The notes under the pieces: generated by a model
What the model was told of the DNA's origin: nothing
The model's input: only the letters and a program-made list of their open reading frames with translations
Databases searched by the model: none
NCBI GenBank assembly: GCA_049424145.1
Contig: JBMSSC010000087.1
Location: forward strand, 1 to 12,017
Direction of reading: 5' to 3'
DNA length: 12,017 nucleotides
Source of the DNA: Bdellovibrionia bacterium
GTDB lineage: Bacteria; Bdellovibrionota; UBA1018
Position numbers and translations under genes: made by a program
Shown here: in pieces, positions 1-6,915 of the stretch
Layout: each line of letters begins with the position of its first letter
Position numbering within the stretch: the stretch's first letter is position 1

Positions 1-138
1 AGCCGCCGCCGTGCCTCCAAAGACAATCAGAATTCCGTGGGGGTCTAAAAACATCGTAATGTCTTTGGCCGTGGTTGAAAGCGCGTAATACATCACGGAA
101 ATCCCGCCTAAGATGCCTGCAAGAGAGGATAGGTTCAT
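1..138 (-). CDS. motA: MotA/PomA-family stator A subunit, N-terminal 46 aa (continues beyond window edge)
   Basis: Manual translation from ATG at 138: MNLSSLAGILGGISVMYYALSTTAKDITMFLDPHGILIVFGGTAAA. This is TM1 followed by the F-x-D-x-x-[GS]-x-L-I-V-x-G-G-T signature of MotA/PomA TM2. The start overlaps the upstream stop (ATGA, 135-138). Confidence 0.88.
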   Translation of the reverse strand, partial: MNLSSLAGILGGISVMYYALSTTAKDITMFLDPHGILIVFGGTAAA

Positions 139-647
139 GATTTTCCAGTCTCCTTCCTTAAGATACTCTTCCAGAGCTGAAATTGACTGATGACATAGTT
201 GTCATCGAGGTCTCTGAGGCGGGTGGCGAGAGTTTGGATTGCGTTTTGATAGAATTCAAGCTTCATGGTGGGATCCGACTCCAAGAGTTCCATGAACTTT
301 TTCTTGGAGACATAAAATAGAGTGCACGGGGTGATGGCTCGGACAGTGGCTGTTCTGGGGTTTTCATCCAAAAGAGAGAGCTCGCCAAAGAAGCTTCCCC
401 CTTTGAGTTGAGCCAGATCGTAGTGATCTCCGGTGAGTTTATTGGTCTTAAAGATCCCGGCCGTTCCCTCTAAGAGCAGGTAGAGTCCCCAGCTAAGCTC
501 CCCTTCAATGATGATGTTCGTATGAGATTCAACTCTTAGGTGCTGGCCCAAGGAGATCAAGCGTTCAAGATTATTTTGGTTTAACGATTGAAGCAGTTTG
601 ATCTTCTTCAGTAAGGAGAACTCCGAGATCTCAGCAGGGGCATTCAT
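135..647 (-). CDS. Stand-alone cyclic nucleotide-binding (CNB) domain protein, 170 aa
   Basis: IIIEGE..GLYLLLEG and an intact phosphate-binding cassette FFGELSLLDENPRTATVRA, followed by a C-helix. There is no room for a Crp/Fnr HTH. Confidence 0.92.
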   Translation of the reverse strand: MNAPAEISEFSLLKKIKLLQSLNQNNLERLISLGQHLRVESHTNIIIEGELSWGLYLLLEGTAGIFKTNKLTGDHYDLAQLKGGSFFGELSLLDENPRTATVRAITPCTLFYVSKKKFMELLESDPTMKLEFYQNAIQTLATRLRDLDDNYVISQFQLWKSILRKETGKS

Positions 648-2896
648 CCGGCGCTCCTTTCTGTGACCACGGTTGCATCCGGTGGATTATCGGAGAACAT
701 CCGCTCGTTGGTTTCAATGAGGTTAATCAGTCCTTCATTGGCCATGATCTTCATCCGGTTTAAGACTTTGCGCTCCACGTTTTGATAGGTCTCTCGACTA
801 AAGACTGGGGCAATCGCAATTTCCTCTTCAAGTTCAGCGACAAGATCCTTCGGGGCTTTTGAGTAAATTGCATGACGCACCTCTTGAGGTGCTCCTTTTA
901 AGAACGGGATGAGCTCCTCGTGTTTTAGGCTTAAGACCACCTCGAGTAACTGTCCATCGCGGAGGTAGCGGAGCGTATCGGTGCTGACGAGCTTACTTTT
1001 GACCGTACGAGCACTGTCGGGATTGCTGAGCTCAAGGCTTTTTAAAACCGACTTCTGAATCGCATGTCCAGTCCGCTCCAGAAGTCCCACGAGCACCTCA
1101 GATCCAGGTAAAGCCTCCGTGTTGAGTCGGGGATTTTCTTTTTTCTTTCTCTTTAAGGCAGCTGCAACGTTGAAGATGAAGTCCTTGGGAAGATAATCGA
1201 TTCGAGAGAGCTCCGTGAGGACGGACATCCGCTCTTCGGCCTCCATTTGACTATAGATTGCAGCGCGCTTCTGAGGATCACACTGCGTGAGCACAATGGA
1301 TTTCACTGTGATGGATTCGGCCCGGATGAGCTCAAGGATTTGAGTTCCATCCATCTCACTTAAGAAGTCAAAGAAGTTGGAGGATCGATTGCCGAGGACC
1401 ACTAGTTTTCCAGCCGTGGTTCGGCTGTGGAGTTTTTTTAGGAGATTAAATTTTTCCTCATCCTTTAAAGTGATGGGATTTTTGGCGTAGTAATCCATTA
1501 ATTCCATGAGATCGCTTTGTAAGGTGGGGTCTCTAAGCATCTCAACGATGATTCCGTCGCCAAAGAGGTGAATGTACTCGGCAGTGACCTCAACCCCTTC
1601 CTCAGTGAGCACTTTACTAAACACTTGTTTTGCCACTCGAGGGCTCTGAGCAAAAATTGCGGTGAGCTCTTCGTGGAGTCGCTCAATCTCATAGCGCTGG
1701 GAGATGGGGTTGACGTTCTCAGAGAGAGAGCCCCCCCCGTCCTGAGGGGCGGAGCGAGCGATCGTAGGGGCATTGGCTGAGGCATTCTCTGAGGGGCTTA
1801 AGGGGTAAATGCGCGAGTAAGGAGAGCTGCTTGGGTTGGATTTTTTGAGTAAAGAGACGGATATAAAAATCAAAAGAGCAAGAACGGAGAGGGCAAACAG
1901 GAGAGCTGGGATTCTGAGTTTTTGCATTTCCTGGATGACGGCGTCTCCGTTTTCAACTCGCTCAATCTTTTCAATTCGTTCGGTTTTCTCTAGTCGAGAG
2001 TTATTGGACGAGCTTGTGCTACTGGATTCATTTCGGCTGTCGGTCTTATACTCACTTTTCCTCTCTGGGTCATTGGCCTCGGAGGCAAGTCCCCGAGAGC
2101 CACTAAAGCGAGCCACGGGAAACCTTAAGTTCTTAGCCGTCAGTCGGACGTTTCGATAGGCGTTTGTTTTAAGCCTCAGCATCTCAAGGAGATTGGATTT
2201 CTCCTCGGGGCTTAGGCTCTCATCCATCAGGATGGTGGCTGAGATTTCTTTGATTCGAACCGTGGTCCCCCCTTCTTGAATGAACTCGCCTAGGGCTCCG
2301 TACTGGGCCTCTTCGCCATTGACCACTTCCGTCTGCAAGTTGAAATCCCCAAGCAGGCAGGCTGAGTTACAGAACTCACGAAGCAGGGACTCTACTTTTC
2401 CTTGAAACTCTTTGGAGATTTTCTCTCGGATCTCGGTGATTTTGGTCTCCGAGCCTTGGGGCATTGGAAAGTGTGCCGTTTGAGCATCAATCTTCACCGG
2501 GTAATCCAGTGTGTCTAAGAATTGTTGAATGAGCTCAATCAACTTCGTTCGAGAAACAGGTCCCACCTTGTCATCAATGAGAATTTTCACGACGGAGGAC
2601 TCAGGGGTGAGCTCCGATGAGTTTCGGATGTCCTCTTCAAAACCGGGGGAGAAGAGTTGGGAGGAGCCCGGGCTCACCACGGTGCTCACGCTAACGAGGC
2701 GGCAGTACTCATGGCAGTATCGATCGAGCAGGGGCTCTAGGAGGTGGCGAATTTGGTTTTCTGAGGATTTTTTTACTACTTCAAAAGACGAAAGAGCAAA
2801 ACCCAGGGCGGGAGCAATCCAGAACGAGGCGATTGACCCCACTAAAATCAGCAGAGGAACCCACTTGAGTTGAAGGCCTCTCTGCGCTTGCTTCAT
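644..2896 (-). CDS. Membrane-anchored FliF-like/FliG fusion protein, 750 aa
   Basis: N-terminal signal/TM (aa ~12-35). Two ~100-aa RBM3-like repeats (aa ~45-144, ~160-260; IKEISATILMDESLSPEEKSNLLEML resembles FliF IKRLSVAVLVD..LS.EEL..I..LV). TM at aa 329-350. FliF-C-like helices (LHEELTAIFAQSPRVAKQVFSKVLTEE). FliG-N (GVEVTAEYIHLFGDGIIVEML), FliG-M (FFDFLSEMDGTQILELIRAE...) and FliG-C (FLKGAPQEVRHAIY...EGLINL). The FliG part is clear; the FliF-like part is less certain. Confidence 0.8.
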   Translation of the reverse strand: MKQAQRGLQLKWVPLLILVGSIASFWIAPALGFALSSFEVVKKSSENQIRHLLEPLLDRYCHEYCRLVSVSTVVSPGSSQLFSPGFEEDIRNSSELTPESSVVKILIDDKVGPVSRTKLIELIQQFLDTLDYPVKIDAQTAHFPMPQGSETKITEIREKISKEFQGKVESLLREFCNSACLLGDFNLQTEVVNGEEAQYGALGEFIQEGGTTVRIKEISATILMDESLSPEEKSNLLEMLRLKTNAYRNVRLTAKNLRFPVARFSGSRGLASEANDPERKSEYKTDSRNESSSTSSSNNSRLEKTERIEKIERVENGDAVIQEMQKLRIPALLFALSVLALLIFISVSLLKKSNPSSSPYSRIYPLSPSENASANAPTIARSAPQDGGGSLSENVNPISQRYEIERLHEELTAIFAQSPRVAKQVFSKVLTEEGVEVTAEYIHLFGDGIIVEMLRDPTLQSDLMELMDYYAKNPITLKDEEKFNLLKKLHSRTTAGKLVVLGNRSSNFFDFLSEMDGTQILELIRAESITVKSIVLTQCDPQKRAAIYSQMEAEERMSVLTELSRIDYLPKDFIFNVAAALKRKKKENPRLNTEALPGSEVLVGLLERTGHAIQKSVLKSLELSNPDSARTVKSKLVSTDTLRYLRDGQLLEVVLSLKHEELIPFLKGAPQEVRHAIYSKAPKDLVAELEEEIAIAPVFSRETYQNVERKVLNRMKIMANEGLINLIETNERMFSDNPPDATVVTERSAG

Positions 2897-3657
2897 AGAG
2901 ATCCTCCGGTGTAGAGACTTCTTTTCCGATCGAGGAATTTTTTCAGATTCAGGTTTCTAGGATCAAATCGAAGGGCTTGGCTCCAGGCCTGAAGCGCCAG
3001 GTCCTTGCGTCCGAGCTTATCCAGCAGGGTTCCCCTCATTTCATAGAGTTTGGAATCCGTTTGATACTGCCGAATGAGTTCGTCCGTCTCAATGAGGGCG
3101 GCTTCAAATCGGGTCATGCGATAGAGTTGTTTGATGTGATCCACGGCACCTAGGTAGCTTGAGGAGTGAGTGGAGGCGCCCTCTTCACTTGGAACGAGAT
3201 CTAAGGTGCGCTCAATGTCCCGAATTCGAGATTCATCCTCCGCAGCGCCTTGGGGAAATCGATTGACGATGTCACGATCAGAGAACGTCGGGGCGCGGTT
3301 TTTATAAGATTCATCGACCATTTCTGGGGAATCCATCATGGAACCAGACAGAGAGGTAAGCCCACGTCCTGAGTTTTTAAATGCAGGGGAGACGGGCAGC
3401 ACAAATTCACTTAAGTTTCTTCGGTCCCCAGGGATCTCCAGCTCCACGGAGCGATCCCCTTTTTTGGTTCTCAGGATCATGTTCTGATGATTCTCCGAGG
3501 TGAGTTCGGGGCGGTATTGGGAAAACGGATTGGAGATGGGTTGCCGCAGGGGCTTTGGATTCACCCCAAAAATCGTATTCAGCCCAGCGCAGCCTGAGGC
3601 TCCGAGGCTTAAACCGATCAGTAGAGCGGCAGATGATGGGGTCCAAATCTGTTTCAA
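2893..3657 (-). CDS. TPR-containing lipoprotein, 254 aa
   Basis: TTG start after GAGG. Lipobox LGASG^C (Cys23). C-terminal TPR helices (KLYEMRGTLLDKLGRKDLALQAWSQALRFDPRN). ATGA overlap with the next gene. Confidence 0.85.
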   Translation of the reverse strand: MKQIWTPSSAALLIGLSLGASGCAGLNTIFGVNPKPLRQPISNPFSQYRPELTSENHQNMILRTKKGDRSVELEIPGDRRNLSEFVLPVSPAFKNSGRGLTSLSGSMMDSPEMVDESYKNRAPTFSDRDIVNRFPQGAAEDESRIRDIERTLDLVPSEEGASTHSSSYLGAVDHIKQLYRMTRFEAALIETDELIRQYQTDSKLYEMRGTLLDKLGRKDLALQAWSQALRFDPRNLNLKKFLDRKRSLYTGGSL

Positions 3658-3701
3658 CTTCGTTTCCTCATGGCTTCATTAAGTTTCAACTTTTCGTTCC
3701 T
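3651..3701. repeat. Imperfect direct repeat duplicating the RBS plus TTG start of the TPR lipoprotein gene
   Basis: gtttcaacttcgtttcct (3651-3668) and gtttcaacttttcgttcct (3683-3701). On the minus strand these read AGGAAACGAAG-TTG-AAAC and AGGAACGAAAAG-TTG-AAAC. Confidence 0.6.
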
Positions 3702-4826
3702 TTAAAACAAAACACTCACTCCTAAACCGTATTCAAGACCTGTAATCGTGGCCTGTCCTCCTAGGAAGGAGGTGGAGGCCGGGCGGTAGCCTAAATTGAT
3801 TCCAGTGGCAAAGTGTTTGCCTAATCTCCACTCATAGCCTGCGCGCACGAGCCCGCCTAGGTAGCCCGAGGCATAGGTTCCTCCAATGCCTAAAAGGAGG
3901 CTTCCTCGGAGTAAATTATAGTTCTCCTCCTCTCCAATGAAGTTCCACGCATGTAAGAAGACGAGGGTGAGGTTAAATCCAAAGCTGGCATAGAGATCGG
4001 TTGAAACCGCTGCAGAGCGATTGACGATGGTGGAGGCATTGGTCATATAATTTGCCTCAAAGCCCACTTCTTTTTTTCGGTTATCGTAGCGTTCCATCAT
4101 GCGATAGCCCAAAGCCAGATTCCCAGTGGGGCTTGGGTGATTGGGTTGAACGAGGTAGTAAATGATCAGACGAGATTGCACCAAGGGAGCATATTCGGTG
4201 GCTCGATGGGCTGAATCAATCTGGGTATAATCCACGCCTCGTTTAAAGGCAGCTGATCGGGAGTTCTCCGAGTTGTAGCTTCGGGACCAGAGGATGCTGT
4301 CGGTTTCTGGGTCGGTGATGGTCATGGACATCACGATCCCGGTGGGCTCAAAACTGAAGGCCACGTCCATGAATCGGGCAATCCCCGTTGCTTTAGCAAT
4401 CCGGGTGAGCTCCATGGGATCCGTCTCTGGGGATTTGATGACGATTTGGTCCCCATCGAGGCTGGTTTTTCTCGCACGACAGGGGAGGCATTGAATCACG
4501 CGAGTCTTGGTGTTTTTTAAAATCGTTTCGGTGATGAGAAGCTCTAAGTGGGCTTTAAAGGAGGGGGGAACGTTCTCGCTTAAGGCGAGGTTTCGGATGG
4601 AAAGGTCCTTAAGTCCGTTGACGTTTCCGTTTTTAAGATCGAACTCAAAGTCGCCCAGAACCTCATCTAAGACTTGGTAAAAGTCTCGCGTGCCTCCACT
4701 GGGGGAGGCTGCGGCCTGGAGTGGAGCAATCGGCGTGCTCGGCGTTTCAGCATGCGCCTGAAGACCACTGAGTAGAACTCCGCTCAGGATGCTCAAGGTG
4801 CTCAAGATGCGGATGAATGCGCTCAT
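3702..4826 (-). CDS. Secreted protein: FlgO/CsgG/LpoB-like N-terminal domain plus putative C-terminal outer-membrane beta-barrel (ORF open to 4898; ATG 4826 preferred)
   Basis: Sec signal MSAFIRILSTLSILSGVLLSGLQAHA^E. Alpha/beta domain ending IAKATGIARFMD...MTITDPETDSILWSRSY (D-x-ET-x-x-I-L-W-S pattern of CsgG/FlgO/LpoB-type folds), with a CLPC motif. The C-terminal ~170 aa are amphipathic Gly/aromatic strands ending GLEYGLGVSVLF (terminal Phe, BAM signal-like). Confidence 0.7.
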   Translation of the reverse strand: MSAFIRILSTLSILSGVLLSGLQAHAETPSTPIAPLQAAASPSGGTRDFYQVLDEVLGDFEFDLKNGNVNGLKDLSIRNLALSENVPPSFKAHLELLITETILKNTKTRVIQCLPCRARKTSLDGDQIVIKSPETDPMELTRIAKATGIARFMDVAFSFEPTGIVMSMTITDPETDSILWSRSYNSENSRSAAFKRGVDYTQIDSAHRATEYAPLVQSRLIIYYLVQPNHPSPTGNLALGYRMMERYDNRKKEVGFEANYMTNASTIVNRSAAVSTDLYASFGFNLTLVFLHAWNFIGEEENYNLLRGSLLLGIGGTYASGYLGGLVRAGYEWRLGKHFATGINLGYRPASTSFLGGQATITGLEYGLGVSVLF

Positions 4827-4983
4827 TGGATAGACTCGGTTTCGCACAGTTTTTTCTTCATGCTCCTTTCTCTGAGACTGAATCGGATTTTTATTCAAAG
4901 GAGTTTAGGTTTATCCCTAAGATGCATGAAAATCGTTTGATCTCTCTGAATAAGAGGAATGAGACCCGGTGGGTAGAAAACTC

Positions 4984-5011
4984 TAAGTGATTGGATAGGG
5001 GTTTCCGATAC
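4984..5011 (+). promoter_or_regulatory. Possible sigma28 (FliA)-type promoter for the lipoprotein gene
   Basis: TAAG-N16-TCCGATAC versus consensus TAAA-N15-GCCGATAA, 20 nt upstream of ATG 5032. Confidence 0.4.
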
Positions 5012-5031
5012 GTCTCTGAGTGGAGAGGGCT

Positions 5032-6096
5032 ATGGAGCAGTCGGTCAGAAAATGGAACATGAAGAAGGGAATGCAACTCACTGCAATCAGTGGGTTTGTT
5101 TTTGCTTTCGCATGTTCTACCGTAGAAATCATCCCCGCCCCAATGCCCAACCCTCCGGTGTTCACGAGCGTTCCGCATCCGGCAGGATCAGATTTGGGGG
5201 ATGTGGCTGCAATTTTTACCGATGAAATGGCTCCTCGAGATCCTGATTTTTTTAATCAGTGTGACGCAAAGTATCGAAAGCTCACAGAGCTCACCAAGAG
5301 TCGAGACGAGATTCATGAAGGTTTAAGAGAATTAGTTAAGCAGGATCCGGTTCATTATCATTGGTGTTTTTATGGCAAGATTTTGGATTTGGAAAAGTCA
5401 TTAAAGAATGAATCATTTGTAGAACTCAGGCAGAAGCGAATCCTCGATACGTTCGAGTTCTTGGCGCCTTTGGGTAAGGTTTTCTCCTCTGAGTACCACG
5501 ACTCTCGCTACTTAAGAGCAGCCGTGGTGCGATACCAGAAGTTGAGTGAGTGGGCCTTTTACCGAAGGCTTGAGCTCACTCCGGTTGGGACTTCTCAATT
5601 GGTGAAGTCGAGCAATCCTTTTGGACTCTGGCGAGATACATTGGATACGATTTCAGTTTTGGAGAAGTATCGGCTTTTAGCTCAACCCTCGGATCGACTC
5701 AAAGAGGATGCTGCAGCTTCGCTCATGGGTTCAGAGGCGGTGGAGCCTAAGCCCGTGCCTCAAGCTTCTCCTGTTCCCTCAGTTGCCAGTGGGGCTCAAA
5801 AGCAAACCCCAGAAGCGCCCATTGCTGCGCCTGTTGTCCCTGTGGCTCAGTCCCCAGCCCCCGTGATTCAAGCAGCAACGCCTCCGGTGAAGCCAGAAGT
5901 CTCAAAGGTCAAACCTCCTGCTTCAGCCTCAAAAGAAGCCAGTGCTGGGGCTCAGAAGAAGCCCGAACCCAAGAAAGTGGAGCCTGCCCCAAAGGCAGAT
6001 GAAGCCGTCTCCGACGAATCAGCCTCATCCGAAGAAAGTGGGGATCTGCAATTGCCCATTGAAGGAGAAGAGGCCAGTATGGATTCCTCAGGTTAG
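5032..6096 (+). CDS. Hypothetical lipoprotein with helical core and Pro/Ala/Lys-rich, acidic disordered C-terminal tail (start 5032 or 5059)
   Basis: GGAGAGG before ATG 5032. Signal MKKGMQLTAISGFVFAFA^C with a lipobox-like Cys. Core has two further Cys (NQCDA, YHWCFY). The last ~130 aa are low complexity. Confidence 0.78.
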   Translation: MEQSVRKWNMKKGMQLTAISGFVFAFACSTVEIIPAPMPNPPVFTSVPHPAGSDLGDVAAIFTDEMAPRDPDFFNQCDAKYRKLTELTKSRDEIHEGLRELVKQDPVHYHWCFYGKILDLEKSLKNESFVELRQKRILDTFEFLAPLGKVFSSEYHDSRYLRAAVVRYQKLSEWAFYRRLELTPVGTSQLVKSSNPFGLWRDTLDTISVLEKYRLLAQPSDRLKEDAAASLMGSEAVEPKPVPQASPVPSVASGAQKQTPEAPIAAPVVPVAQSPAPVIQAATPPVKPEVSKVKPPASASKEASAGAQKKPEPKKVEPAPKADEAVSDESASSEESGDLQLPIEGEEASMDSSG

Positions 6097-6146
6097 TCGG
6101 ATTTTTGGCGTCAATCTCAGTTGTGTCCGGTGAGTCCGGGACCCAC

Positions 6147-6893
6147 TCAGCAACTGGGGGGGAGTTTTTCTCGCTGGATTTTTGGATCGCCTGGGTTCCA
6201 ACTTAAAAAGGATCCATGAATTCTTGGAAATCCGATATTAATATATTGAGCGGCTCGATTGCCAACATGAAAACTCATCTCATCTAAGTCGTGGCAGTGA
6301 CCTAGGATCACAAAATCAGCACCCTGTGAAATCCGTTCAGCCGCATAACTACGAAACGTTCGTCTTAGGTACTCCATCTGCGCAAGCGGGAGGTTTTTGT
6401 GCTGGCTCCGGCTCTTTTGGCTGCTGAATTGCCCAAAGCGACTTAACCACTCCCCCGGTACAAGTGCAACGAGAGCCTTCATCAGTGGGCTTCGAAAAAA
6501 AAGTCGCAGGAGACGGTAGCCGTAGTCCCGGGGGTCCACGAGATCTCCGTGAGCACAATGAAAGATCTTTCCCTGCACTTCAATTTGAATCGTACGCGAA
6601 CAAACCGTGACGCCGGGAATTTTTTCAAACACCTTTTTCATCATAAAGTCATGGTTGCCTTCGATGTAGTAGATGCGAACCCCTCGCTGGGCTGCGGCTT
6701 GGATTTGATTAAAAAAAGAGGAATAAAGGTGGAGGAAGATGGTTTTATTGCCAACCCAGACATCAAACAAGTCCCCGGCAAGAACCAAGGTGTCGCTGGG
6801 CTTCGCACGCAGTTGGATGAGTGCAATGAGAGACGCATAAACGGGATCTTGGGGGCCCCAAATATGAAGATCGGAGACTGCAATTAAGCTCAT
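6147..6893 (-). CDS. lpxH: UDP-2,3-diacylglucosamine diphosphatase (LpxH-family metallophosphoesterase)
   Basis: Motifs SDLH, GDLFDVWVG, GNHDF, HGDLVDPRDYGY and GHCH in LpxH order and spacing. It has GNHD rather than the GNRD of E. coli LpxH. Confidence 0.8.
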   Translation of the reverse strand: MSLIAVSDLHIWGPQDPVYASLIALIQLRAKPSDTLVLAGDLFDVWVGNKTIFLHLYSSFFNQIQAAAQRGVRIYYIEGNHDFMMKKVFEKIPGVTVCSRTIQIEVQGKIFHCAHGDLVDPRDYGYRLLRLFFRSPLMKALVALVPGEWLSRFGQFSSQKSRSQHKNLPLAQMEYLRRTFRSYAAERISQGADFVILGHCHDLDEMSFHVGNRAAQYINIGFPRIHGSFLSWNPGDPKIQREKLPPSC

Positions 6894-6915
6894 CTAGATA
6901 TTGGGTTTAACGATT

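Noticed and set aside
1..138. Stator homolog as ExbB/TolQ/AglR or Zorya ZorA
   Set aside because: The visible N-terminus has two closely spaced TMs with the LIVxGGT motif typical of MotA/PomA, and it lies next to a FliG homolog.
135..647. Crp/Fnr transcription factor
   Set aside because: The protein ends shortly after the C-helix, with no HTH domain.
1498..2873. Alternative-frame and antisense ORFs (1498-1785, 1568-1780, 1836-2159, 2529-2873)
   Set aside because: Fully inside the well-supported 750-aa gene, with no recognisable motifs.
3651..3701. GTTTCAAC/GTTGAAAC repeats resembling CRISPR repeat ends
   Set aside because: Only two short imperfect copies 32 nt apart, no spacer-sized gap and no cas genes. 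Explained by RBS/start duplication.
4891..5178. Minus-strand ORFs 4891-5178 and 4983-5165
   Set aside because: They overlap the + strand lipoprotein start and the divergent promoter region, and have no protein-like features.
6097..6146. Bidirectional terminator between the convergent lipoprotein and lpxH genes
   Set aside because: No convincing stem with T tracts.
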